Shown in pieces: positions 52,401 to 64,000 of a DNA stretch of 64,000 nt (the stretch's first letter is position 1; each line of letters starts with the position of its first letter). The stretch comes from Asterias rubens (Eukaryota): positions 13,702,001 through 13,766,000 of the forward strand of contig NC_047062.1 of NCBI RefSeq assembly GCF_902459465.1. The letters run 5' to 3'. The notes below the pieces were generated by a model. The model was not told the DNA's origin and made no database searches. It saw only the letters and a list, made by a program, of their open reading frames with translations. Position numbers and translations under genes: made by a program.

Positions 52401-55400
52401 CAACGCACACCGAGAAATAGTTGAACTTTGCCCTGCATCGCATCGCCCTCTGTTGACAAAAGTTGTTCACGTTTGATTAGACTGGGCCCCGAGCCTCAAA
52501 GCGTGGGTCAGACGTTCAAGCTCCCCGTTGTACAATGGGCAGCCGCTGTACTCGATCCGTCCGAAGTCTAGCCAAGATTTTATGAATGGAACTATCACCG
52601 GCCAATCAACAACGGCCAATCATCAAACGGCCAATCACCGCATGCGTGAACACATAGGGGCCGTGCTTGTTTGCGGTCCCCTTGTGGCGATGTGCAGTGA
52701 CAGGCTGGCGGCACATCACTCAGTCTTGTATAGTTGGCCGCAATGTGGAGTTGCGTCGTAATTAAAGTGGAAATGTATTAAAGTTTACACTATTGATCGT
52801 AATTGAAATGATCTATTATAGGATAGCATTCTTTTTGGTTTTTTTTTTTTTGGGTTGGCCGGTGTTTCTCCCTCCCTTTTATTGTAGTCCCACAACGAGG
52901 ATCCACACAACAGATTATTGCAACGACGGACGGGCGGACGGACGTAGCGTGTGTGTATGCAGTAATGTATCATGCAGAGGCACATTAAGCACATGTACAC
53001 ACATGCGAGTTCGTAAAGCTAGCAATCTGTTAATTGCGCTGCTCAATCTCGAGATTGCACAACAGATGTTGGCTGCACCGTACTGAGCGATGTTCGCTGA
53101 CGGGTTGCGCTACGCCCTCGCATTTGCGCCGCCTGGAAATAAAATTCCCAATGTTACTGGACTCAACAATCAGGGCAGGTTGGAAACGTTTTGTTTGATC
53201 CCCCGGAGCGGCATAGCTCTTTGCGTACGTCCGTTCACCATTCTGCTGTTGCGGTGTGCGTGGTTGAGCTGAAGAAACCGCTGGCTGACACGAGTGTAGC
53301 GGATGTCTGACGTCAGTATATAAAGATCGTGGGAAAAATAGACAGGGGACGAGTTTATTTCGCCGAGACACGAGTATAGCTTGAATTGAATGTCTGACGC
53401 CAGCATGTAGAGATCGCTAGGATAAATAGACGGGCACCAGTCTAGTCTAACCCGAGTTGCGCTGAGCGGGGGGAGCTAGCTAGCTGAGGGCGGCTGTTAA
53501 ACGTTTTACAAAGGAAACATGGAATACAATTGTGGTGGGATTTTCAACAGGTTTTTGTCATCACACAGGCAGGTTTTTGTTCTCGTTTAAGAAAAAAAAA
53601 ACATTATTTAGAATATTTTACAAACGATCTTTCTTTTTAAAAATGCCGTTTTTCCTTAAATATTTATACGTCGGCTTACAAGCCGCCCTGAGAATAAACC
53701 GCAGGAGTTCAAAAAAATGTCAAAATCAACATATAAACCGCGGTTTATAATCCGAAAATTACGGTAGTGAACTACACCTTTTATCAAATTGGGCTTGTAC
53801 AAATAAATTATATTTGCAGCGCTTCATGATCTTTGATATCATTCTTAATTTGATTTATTTGATTTGTCTTCTGAGGAGAGAACGAAATTGCTCTCAGAAA
53901 TTAAACTAGGCTTAAAATAACCTACAGTCTATAGCCATGTGGTCATGTATGTACGTTCCCCATCCCCCATGCTGATCAACATGGTTTTCCTTCCATTTTT
54001 TTGAAAGGTCAATTTACAGTGGCCATCGAGGACTTGACCTCTGTTGCCCCTGTTCTTGCCCTTGGTTCCCCTTCAAACAATTCCCCATAGATGTTAAGAA
54101 TTGCCCTTTGCAAACTGAAAATGGGCTTCCCACCTCTAGTCATATTCCTGTTTATATATTTTTTATTTTTTATGTTTTATTTATATAAAATAATTTAATT
54201 ATTAAATAATTTATATAAAATAATTTATATAAAATAATTTTTTTCAAACTTTTGAAGCCTCGCATGTTCGTACAGGACCTTTGCCCCATTTTATTGTTCT
54301 GCTTTCTACAGCATTCTGCGCTTAAAATAAATACCACAAAGTCACAAACGCTTTACTTTGTTTACAGGGCGATATTTGTGTACATGTATGTGGTTTTTTT
54401 TTTCAAATTGCTATTAAGCAATGCCATGAAATTGGGTGATGTATGGTGTAATAATATGTTAGGTGTGTGTGCCTGACGCTACATATAATGCATGGTGTAC
54501 AAGTGAATGTTGGTGCAATGTAAAGATCTACAATATGTGCATGTATCATGTATCATGTTTTCTTGAAAGGTACATGTACATGTGCTGTACCTGTTCGCTC
54601 AAGTTTACATTACATGTAACTAAGGTGTTGGTAACTTTTTACTGTATATGATTACAGTGAATGGTTTTTACAGTGACTGTACATTGAATGGTTTTGAACA
54701 GTGCCCATAATATTTGCATTGCATCCTGGACCATCTTTTTACAGTGACTGTACATTGAATGGTTTTGAACAGTGCCCATATATTTGCATTGCATCCTGGA
54801 ATCATCTCACAGCTATTGTGCTAAAAAGAACAGAGGAATGTACAATATTCAATGAACAATATGATTTCTCATAACCACAACAGGCCAGATGTATTTATAT
54901 AATTCAATAGACAATTTGCAAACGTCACTTCAAGGACTTGTATGGATCCAGTTGGCCTTCACTAACTCCAAAGTTGTGTTTACTGAACAGGATCAAAGTA
55001 GCTCCTATAGTATCTATTGTACATGTGAAGTGTTTATTACTGCACTTTTATTATTACATGGTACTGGTAGGTGTTGGTATGTTGATGTTGACTTTCCTTC
55101 TCTAGCTCTCCAAGTTTTATAAATTGTGACAAATCTGTATACAGAAATTGTCAAATTTACTTAAGTTTGTAAGTTTTACCCATTAGCAACAAAACACTTC
55201 TTAATCTTGTCCTTTGCAGCTGGCTAATGTCTTCACATTTTCTCCTCAGGTGTGCCGAGTGTTCCCGTGAACACATCACACAATTTTGCGTACCCTCAGC
55301 CCCCTAGCTATACCATGGAGGACAGAGTTAACTTCAGCAATGGGACGGTGCCAGGTGCCAATCCACATCATTTCCCTCAATATGAGGAACTTCCCATACA

Positions 55401-55565
55401 AGGAACGATGGAGACCAGCACAGATCACATCAGCCTGGAGGAAGGGAATGATTTACAGAGGCAGGAATCGCACACCGAAGTGGACCAGTACTACAACCCA
55501 CCGGTCCACTCTATATCATCTACCGCAAGGCTGACTATCACAGAGCCCAATGAGAAGAGACCAAG
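43407..55565 (+). CDS. N-terminal part of an unidentified large gene (coding exons 43407-43626 and 55250-55565; continues beyond, no further exon identified)
   Basis: Exon 43341-43626 has acceptor ctctacag, an in-frame stop at 43365, ATG at 43407/43419 and donor G|GTAAGT (phase 1). Exon 55250-55565 has acceptor tctcctcag, matching phase 1 (G|GT = Gly), and donor AG|GTAGGT. Product is a low-complexity Pro/Gln/Ser/Thr-rich region with no recognisable domain. Confidence 0.7.
44042..44340. mobile_element. Main-family TTAA MITE, internally deleted
   Basis: TIRs and TTAA on both sides. Confidence 0.82.
48633..48780. mobile_element. Palindromic Harbinger-like MITE, CAG TSD
   Basis: GGGTGGATTTCACAAAGAGTT...AACTCTTTGTGAAATCTGACCC flanked by CAG. 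Confidence 0.85.
50474..50891. mobile_element. Largely palindromic TTAA MITE (Kolobok-like)
   Basis: AGGATTTGTGTACTTTT...AAAAGTACACCCT between TTAA sites; long internal inverted arms. Confidence 0.78.
51570..51735 (+). mobile_element. tRNA-derived SINE with ttcctcccacatctaaaa core
   Basis: A-box-like tgtgtagtgg, B-box-like GTTTCGAATCC, followed by a SINE central-domain-like stretch (recall). Confidence 0.6.
52066..53764. mobile_element. 1.7-kb pogo/Tc1-mariner-like non-autonomous DNA element
   Basis: TIR (C/T)CGTAATTTTCGGATTATAAACCGCG at both ends, TA on both sides, subterminal TATAAACCGC repeats; no intact transposase. Confidence 0.78.
54665..54805 (+). repeat. 71-bp direct tandem duplication
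   Basis: tttttacagtgactgtacattgaatgg...gcatcctgga twice, near-identical. Confidence 0.9.
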
Positions 55566-56163
55566 GTAGGTATTTATTAAAGGAACACAGACAAATCAAA
55601 AAATGAAATGGTGACTTCCGAGTGCTCTAAATTCCAACACCCTTATGTTCAGGCAACTCCTGTAGTTTACATGTTAGGGTGAGAGTTAGGAATTTTGAAA
55701 AAATCACTACGCGTGTCAGATTATTATAAGGGATGTCGAACATAGGGATATTGAAACATAGATGTGTAACCGAAGAAATATACTGCAGGGTACATTGTAT
55801 GCAGTTATTTTTTTAGTTTCCAGACAGCATGACCAGATTCAGTTTGTCATTTCACTAGTCCGTCAGTTTTCTCACTAGTCAATATTTCTAATGAAATAGA
55901 GATACTGCCACGGTTATCCAAACACTGAACTAGCCAAATAATTTTGACTGGTACTCATGAGTTTTAAGTGGTCAGCGGACCACTGTTACGTGTACCAAGC
56001 AGTATTTTGTTTAGACATTCCATTTAAACAAACCTTTCTCTCTACTCTCTATGTTGTCGTATTTTGTGCATTTGAATTGAATGGCGAAAGGAACAATGAC
56101 AAAAGTCTATTCTAGAAAAATTCACTGCTGTGAATTAAGAAAACAGTAACTCCATAGTACCTG

Positions 56164-56310
56164 GGGTCGATTTCATAAAGAGTTAGGACTAGTCCTAACT
56201 TACAACTAGACCTCAGAGATATTAAAAATGCATAGCTAGTCCTAAGTTAGGACGAGTAACTTGTCTTAACTCGAGATAAGACTAGTCCTAACTCTTTGTG
56301 AAATCCACCC
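56164..56310. mobile_element. Palindromic Harbinger-like MITE, CTG TSD
   Basis: GGGTCGATTTC...GAAATCCACCC flanked by CTG; with the 48633 copy implies a CWG target. Confidence 0.85.
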
Positions 56311-56699
56311 CTGTTCAGTTAACTCTAGTAAATCATTGCAGCAAGTGTGAAATGAACGTGACATGGCAGTGGGGTTAAGATGTGGAAAATGTGTTTTGAA
56401 TTCAGCTTATTCAAGTCCCCCCCCCCCCCCCACCCCCCAATATACTTGGAGAGTTTCCCAATATTTCTCTCCACACTGAGCAAATGGGAAAGTTTACACC
56501 AGTGCAAAGGTGTTCTGAAGGGCAACGCTGTACTGGTAGAAAAGTTTGCTTGAAGTTTAAGCTTTGTATGCTAATCACCCTGTTGTGTTATGATGTTTAA
56601 AATCCAGTCTGGGTGCAGCTCGGAGGAAATAGGGGTGGGCTGATTGTGTTGAAATGCAACTCAGTAGACTTCCTCTGGATCGGAGTGCTTTATTTTCAT

Positions 56700-56975
56700 G
56701 CAACAGGCTATTGTTACTTAGGTGTTATCACATCTTATGATAAGTGGCCTGATCGTGGATTTCTACATTTTCTTGATGTTTATTGGAATGTACTCTCCGT
56801 AGATCAGGTTTCAATATCCCTTCCCTAAGAGTGCTTTTTCATGCAATCTGTTTAACAAGCTATTGTTACTGGGGTGTTCTTATGATAAGTGGCCGGATCG
56901 TGGATTTCTGAAAGGGAACATTTTCTTGATGTTTATGGGAATGTACTCCAGTAGATCTGACTTCAATATCCCTTG
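56700..56975 (+). repeat. Diverged about 150-bp tandem duplication
   Basis: gctattgttact...tatgataagtggcc...ttcaatatccctt occurs twice. Confidence 0.8.
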
Positions 56976-57862
56976 GAGCATAGGATTTCACTGTAATGGT
57001 TCATTCTTTATTGTGCTTGTGGGTGTGTTTTGTTGTTATTTAAGATTACATTTATGGTTAAGTTATCACATGTTTTCATTTGCCAGACAATCAACTTATT
57101 CATTTTTGCTCATTATAACCAATGAATGCATACTACACAATTTTGCATTGTGTGCAATTTCACATTCCATTTTTCACTTGATGTTGACAGAGTGTTTTGT
57201 CAATGTAAATCAACCACCCCTTGCATGCTGCCATTGCTGAGGGTCCAACAATTGAAGTATGTACATGCGGCGCACAACTCCCAGCCAATGATGAAAGGTC
57301 TTCATAGACCGCAGTGAGGGCGCTGTTTTGGACTTGCCATATCTATTACACTGTACATGTTGTACCATGATAGACCTATGCAAAATCAAGTTGTCTGAAG
57401 TGAGTTTTTCATTTTATTTTGGTACTTTTCCTGTCCACGAGCCAATCTTCCAACCAACACAGACTTGCAACCCTTCATACATGTCATCATCACACTCACA
57501 TGTAGCGCTATGTGTGTTTATTTATTTAGCCATGAGCTATATAGCATTATAACACATCACATTTTACAGTCCCAAAAGGCGCCAATTGTCATAGACAGGT
57601 GCAAGCTACAGGCTGCTCTGATGTTGTACCAAATGTAGTTCTGGAAATACCATTACAGGTGTACTGTATATTGATTATGGAACTTAGTAATCAACTATAA
57701 ATGCATCACAACAATCCCACTCAACAGCAAGGTCATTGTATCACAGTTTAGTCCAAAGCAGGTGTACGAAGGCTAAATTGGACCAATTCCAAATTCATAG
57801 GGTATAAACTTTGGTAAATAAATACATGGGGTCTGTCAGTGCTTTTGAATAGCCAACATTAA

Positions 57863-58213
57863 AGGCACTGGACACATTTGGTAATTACTCAAAATATATA
57901 GCATCATAACTTACTTGGTAACGACCAATGAAGAGCTGTTGATAGTTTAACTACATGTATAAAACATTGTGAGAAACAACTCCCTCTGAAGTAACGTAGT
58001 TTCTGAGACAGCGGTACTTTAAATAATTGAGTTTGAGAAAGGCATCTGAAAGCACACACATTTGTGCAACAAGGGTGTTTTTCTGTCATTATTTCTTGTA
58101 CCTTAGATGACCAATTGAGCAATTTTCACAGATTTGTTATTTTATGCATATATGTTGGGATACACCAAGTGAAAATACTAGTCTTTGACCATTACCAAAT
58201 GTGTCTGGTGCCT
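57863..58213. mobile_element. Main-family TTAA MITE
   Basis: TIRs and TTAA on both sides. Confidence 0.82.
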
Positions 58214-59583
58214 TTAAAACTACCCTCAGGTTACCTGGTGCAGTGTTTGCTAATAGTTTAGCACAGTTACATGTCCTATGTGGCTATTTTGCATATACCG
58301 TGAAATTCTGGCCATGGGCCCATTGGTGTCTCGATTACAGTCCAGATAATTGGTTGTAAGATGGGAGCTGCCAGGTCTTGTGTACCACCCCCCTGTCAAG
58401 ATGGATTGATGATGCTTGGCCTTTCTAAAATTGTAATCTTCAAGAATTTCTTGTGGTTTGGGTTTGTAAGATTAAGATTTAGGTTAACAGAGATGCTCCA
58501 TTGTTGTCCTTATTTGGAAATGTGTATTATTGTATGTCACTCTTGAAGTTATTGCTGGAGTTTAAATGACAATAATGGATTGTGAAATTGTCAGTTATTA
58601 CTTTATACGGCCAGGAATCAAGGTTGGAAATTTATGTGGTTTGATGACAGTTTTTTTCTCTTAAAATGATAAAATGAAAGCATTCAGGGAAGAAATGTTG
58701 TTATTATGGTTTTGTCAAACATGTTGTGTCCTACATACATGTTGTTCTTTCAAGTTACATAGCCTACACATGATCCTCGGAAAACAAACTAAATTGCTTG
58801 CGTGCAGTGAACTTATAGACTTTCAGTGACCTGTAAAATGGCTAAGCACAAGTTGAAGTGAGAATCTTGAGTATTTCCATGAGATGTCAAGGGCACATAT
58901 TTATTAAGCATCGACATATCTTGCTTAGCAGAAGCAGATTACCATCCCAAAATGATGTGAAGATAGAGCTGGAATAACATCACTGTACATACTACTTGTG
59001 GGTCATTCCCCAAATCCAAATTACGTTAGCTAAGCAGGTTTGGTAAGCAATATTGTGCAAACGAAATTAGTTCAAGTCGAAGTGTACCATGTGTGAAGTA
59101 AATTTTGCTTTAAACTTGTTTGTTTTTAATGTACATGTAGGGTTATGCAGCAGCTGGTACAGGATGGTCCGTTGGAACATTGAGGTAGATGGAAGGGTCC
59201 ATAACGTGCGATGCTGGCACAATGTCAGACCACTGTCACAGACACTTGAGATCCACACCAACCTTGTTGATCACATGCTCTGATTGTATTCAGATCAGAA
59301 GATAGAAAAATACAGACTTTGTAGAATCAAAACACTTAGTCAAGTTTCAACACGTAGATTAAATGTGTTCTAGAAGCCTGTGTACTCTGTACAGTGCGTT
59401 AAATGTCAGAACAATGACTCCCCCCCCCCCCCCCCCCCTCAGTTTATTGTTACTTGAAATCTGATTTGATACCTGGAAATTATTAGAATGTTTATGTTTT
59501 CCTGCCATTTTGTAAAATGGCATGAGGGGAAAACAAATATACATTTTATATATTATGTTCAGTGTATTTGAAATTCATCGAAA

Positions 59584-59763
59584 CCAAGACTGTATGCTTC
59601 CTTTTTGAAAGGGCAAGGGCACCAAGGCATTTTCTCCCTAGTGAAGGACAACTTATGAGGAAATTGTAAATTTCTACTGGAGCATTAAAGGGCACCAATG
59701 CAATGACCAAAGGGCATGGAGGCATTTGCCTTAATTCATTGCCTCTGTGAAGTTTCAGGCTTG
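59584..59763. mobile_element. CAGGCCTG-ended MITE (inverted copy 62626-62802; fragment at about 7520-7575)
   Basis: Shared gaaagggcaagggcaccaaggcattttctcc core in three places; CAG...CTG-like ends. Confidence 0.65.
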
Positions 59764-61097
59764 GTAAACTCGGTCACATTATGCATCCAAGGAATCGGTC
59801 ATTGCGCAAATTATGCCATCTGGCAGACCGTATAGTGTGACAAACTACGTAAATGTATGCAAACTCGTTCTGTTGACATTGGAGACCTAAATAAAGTTAT
59901 TGATCCCTGATGCCAGATCGATGTTAGTAAAGACTGGATAAAGAGAAAATGCTGATTGATTCGTAACCATGGTGAAGAGGAAGTAACAGATAGACAGGAT
60001 CAGTGAGCGTGAATGGGTCGTGTCTGTAATGCTGTTTGTTTGACGATAATTACCCAACACCTACATCAATCTCTTTACACTTTTGCCAAAAATAGTTTTG
60101 AATATCGTGATAAAAGTAATGTCTTGTTTTTTTACAGAGGTTTTGGCTTTGAAAATTTCTCAGTCACCTTGAAACTATTTTGTTTAAAACTTTGACGCAA
60201 CTCTGATGACTTGCTTGCAAAACGATTTACTTTGTTTACAAAATGCAATATGCAGATATGAAAACAATAGAATTCGTTCGGTACACCTCTACTTTGTCAA
60301 TAATTGCAGTGTTTAACATCATCAGACTGGAGAAACGTGACCTGTGTGTGTCCCATAAGGAAAAGCAATCTACTGAAAGTCCAGGGTCAAACAACACAGA
60401 TTTTGGGGGAGGACTAGCACTGTAATGATATATCCGTCTCTAACTTCTAAGCATTTTGGATTACAGTTTAAAACATTAAAATATGAATCATGATCAAGTT
60501 GAGTTAAAATGGAAAGTACACTGAACTTCACAGTATTCGTTGCATTCTTCAGATGAGTCCATGAGTCTTGAATTGTTTTTTAATGCAATTGTAATGCACC
60601 CGCTCCCCCCTCCTCCCAAAAAAAGAACATATAAGCAAGTATAATTGCAAGTATTATTTTCTAAACTCAATCTATGAATGTTAACTTTGCAGATTCATAA
60701 AATGCTGGTTTAAATATTTAAGGGATTGGACATTGCTGCTCTAAATTTACTTAAGAGTAGGCCTATGCTTCCTGCTTGAATGCCAAGAAAAGATTGCAAT
60801 GTCTTAAAACTTGTGACTTTATTATTTTGTTGAAAAGGCTGGAACCGTGATTTATTTAACCTTAAATACGTTCAACTAGAAACAAGTTGAAATCTGTAGT
60901 TGTTGACAGATTTGACTAATTGACCAATTGACCGGCCGTCAATGAAACCTTTGAGTTGGGCACCGGTCAAAAGCAGCCAACTCTATCATCAATTCAAATA
61001 TGGTTCACTTATCGCTGGGAAAAAGATGAAAAGACAACATTGGGGCTCTAGATAAAAATCTACTCCAAGGAAGGGGTCAAGGTGACACGTACATCAA

Positions 61098-61995
61098 CCC
61101 TTCATGTTGTATGGGTACTGTGCCCAGACCTAGACACACCTCTCTGGGACCATTGGGGTAAGGGGGTCAAAAGGGTCATTGCCACCCGAATTATCCCAAT
61201 TGGGACATTTGATGGAACCCTTTTACCAGTGAGGTATCAGTGGATCCGAACAGAGGCACACTTAATAAAGCAGGGTCTTCCCTTCATGTTGTATGGGTAC
61301 TGTGCCTAGACCTAGACACACCTCTCTGGGACCATTGGGGTAAGGGGGTCAAAAGGGTCATTGCCACCCGAATTATCCCAATTGGGACATTTGATGGAAC
61401 CCTTTTACCAGTGAGGTATCAGTGGATCCTAACAGAGGCACACTTAATAAAGCAGGGTCTTCCCTTCATGTTGTATGGGTACTGTGCCTAGACCTAGACA
61501 CACCTCTCTGGGACCATTGGGGTAAGGGGGTCAAAAGGGTCATTGCCACCCGAATTATCCCAATTGGGACATTTGATGGAACCCTTTTACCAGTGAGGTA
61601 TCAGTGGATCCTAACAGAGGCACACTTAATAAAGCAGGGTCTTCCCTTCATGTTGTATGGGTACTGTGCCCAGAGCTAGACACACCTCTCTGGGACCATT
61701 GGGGTAAGGGGGTCAAAAGGGTCATTGCCACCCGAATTATCCCAATTGGGACATTTGATGGAACCCTTTTACCAGTGAGGTATCAGTGGATCCTAATGGA
61801 GGCACACTTAATAAAGCAGGGTCTTCCCTTCATGTTGTATGGGTACTGTGCCCAGAGCTAGACACACCTCTTTTGGGACCATGGGGGTAGGGGGGTCAAA
61901 AGGGTAATTGCCACCCACATTATCCCAATTGGGACATTTGATGGTACCCTTTTACCAGTGAGGTATCAGTGGATCCTAATGGTGGCACACTTAAA
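61098..61995 (+). repeat. 182-bp tandem repeat, about 4.9 units
   Basis: Units start at 61098, 61280, 61462, 61644 and 61826; few substitutions between them. Confidence 0.97.
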
Positions 61996-62090
61996 AGCAT
62001 CAAAAAGCACTCTCACTTGAAATATATGTATATATTTGTCTACTTTGTTATTTCCTACCTTGTTATTTCCTACCTTCATGGCCTGTTTAA

Positions 62091-62415
62091 AGCCATCATA
62101 CACTTTCGGTAAACGGTATTGTCCAAGTCCCACACTTCGTGTATCACAACTTATATATAAAACAACAAACCTGTGAAAATTTAGGCTCAATCGGTCATCG
62201 GAGTCGGGAGAAAATAACGGGAAAACCCACTCTTGTTTCGCCGTGTCATGACATGTGTTTAAAAGAAATCCGTAGTTCTCGCTAACGAGAATTTATATTT
62301 TACCGTTTTCTCAAAAAGTAAAGCATTTCATGGACTATATTTCAAGAGAAGTCTTTCACCATTACCTTCTGTAAACCCTTTTTTTTTTCTGTACCGAAAG
62401 GGTCCAATGGTTCAA
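62091..62415. mobile_element. AGCCAT-type TTAA MITE related to the main family
   Basis: TTAA-AGCCATCATACACTTTCGGTAAAC; shares aacaaacctgtgaaaattt...ctcaatcggtcatcg with the main family. Confidence 0.65.
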
Positions 62416-64000
62416 GGTATGAACAAAAATGTATGTGGGGAAAAATTAAGTTAGACACAGCTCCTCGGGAGGTTGGTCTTACCCTGACTTCTAGGGAGGA
62501 TGGTCGTGGGTTTAATTGCACCATAGAGAAAGTACCACGTTTACACTTGTTGCAAAAAAGGGCTGATTTGGTGTGGTGCAATGTGAGCACAGAAAGGATT
62601 TTGAAGTCAACAAGGATTGGAACCACAGACCTGATACTTCACGGAGGCAACAAAGGCGATAGCCTCCATGCCCCCATGTCATAGCCTTCAGGCCCTTGAA
62701 ATGCCCCTGGTAGAAACTTAGAATTTCCTCATAGGGTGGGCTTTACCAAGGAGAAAATGCCTTGGTGCCCTTGCTATTTTAAAAACGAAGCATACAGGGC
62801 TGGAACCATGCAGGAACCAAGACAGGGACAGTATGAAAGTGCGTCAGGGGAAACCATGGGGGTAAAAGACTGCTGGTCTTTCCCAGGGCTGTATTCCACA
62901 GGGATTAGAGATACAGTGTGAAAGCGCGTGAGTTTTTCATCAGGATATTTTCAAACTTGTACCCAAACTCCAGAAGTTAGTCATTCATAACATAAGATTA
63001 CAATGTTTAGAATTGAACTTACCAGTGCGATAATTGTGTGTACTTGTTTTGTTTGTGGTTTTGTGAGTCAAGGCTAAACTTTTTAAAAATTAACATATTT
63101 GTGTTGGGCGGAAGGGATTACAATGTGTATGTTTGTGTTGTGTATTTGTTCAACAAGGTTTGGTCTGAAGAGAAAGAAAACAAAAAAAGCTGATCAGAAT
63201 TGACTGACGACCTGAATAATCAAACAGGGTCACAAAATTTTAGTATATTCCCATGGGAATATTATCAACGTATCTTGTATTTCTTGTTTCTTGGTTTGTT
63301 TTGGGGGGAGTATTTTTTCGTTTGTTCGTTTGTTTGTTTGTTTAAAAAGCTTTTACTATGGACATGTTATTGTTTCAAAAGTGATTAATGACCCACCAGA
63401 GATTGTACCTAATTTTTTTTTACCGCAGGAAGAAAGAGATTTTGAAAGAGGTTATAACCATCATTGTGATTTTATCAGTATTCAGGGAGTACTTATTATA
63501 CATTACAGATGAGTGAAAATTTTACTTGGTATCTACAGAGACTTACATGCTTTGATTTTAACCCATGGCACCCACAATAGTTGCAGAGGTGCCCTGTGCC
63601 TGTAGTGCAATGGTGCCCTGGGCTTTATTTGCTGTGGTGCCCTTTGCAGAGTTCCAAAACATACTGTCATTTGCCTCACAGAAAACCTTCTTACCTGAGG
63701 GAAATTCCATTGCACCTTCAAGTGAGATTCTAGGCCTGGACGTTATTCAGATTTCAGGACATTGCAATCTTTTTCTTGAGAATTGTAATGGCCCTGACCT
63801 GAAGAGAATTGGGGTGTAACGACTCAGCCGATTCCCTCCTTTTTCTTAAAGATCGTAATAGTAACAAAGAAAACTTAATTTTCCTATTGGTTTTCTTTTT
63901 TTGAAATAAAATTATTTGCGTGTCTGTTATGCTCTGATAAACCCTGAAGATTACTGCAGCCAATTTCACGAAACGCTAGGATTAATCCTATCTCGAGTAA

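Noticed and set aside
53030-53371. Transposase N-terminus inside the pogo-like element
   Set aside because: Only a faint KSYAA resemblance to pogo DNA-binding starts; no DDD/E domain visible.
61082-61861. Four near-identical ORFs (MDPNRGTLNK...)
   Set aside because: Products of the 182-bp tandem repeat; the unit is not a multiple of 3 and each frame hits a stop.

Overview
AT-rich animal genomic DNA with spliced GT-AG genes and dense short repeats. The repeat families look echinoderm (sea star)-like; that assignment is an inference from recall, not a search. The window has three parts. (1) 0.7-26.2 kb: a head-to-tail array of six TMEM26-family genes on the minus strand. Copies B, C and F are intact 3-exon genes, D and E are disabled, and A runs off the left edge. 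The copies show signs of sequence exchange. (2) 27.85-35.35 kb: a 7-exon plus-strand gene, head-to-head with the array and only fragmentarily visible in the ORF track. It assembles in frame to about 448 aa with about 9 LRRs followed by a TIR-like alpha/beta domain, and has no signal peptide or TM segment. An intron-containing tRNA-Ile(TAT) lies antisense in its first intron. (3) 39-64 kb: the 5' part of a large plus-strand gene of unknown identity with two Pro/Gln/Ser-rich coding exons and a candidate 5-nt microexon. Many MITEs (TTAA Kolobok-like, Harbinger-like, AT-TSD, piggyBac-like, pogo-like), tRNA-derived SINEs and tandem repeats fill the rest. The best candidate for an undescribed system is the cytosolic LRR-TIR-like gene paired divergently with the expanded TMEM26 array.
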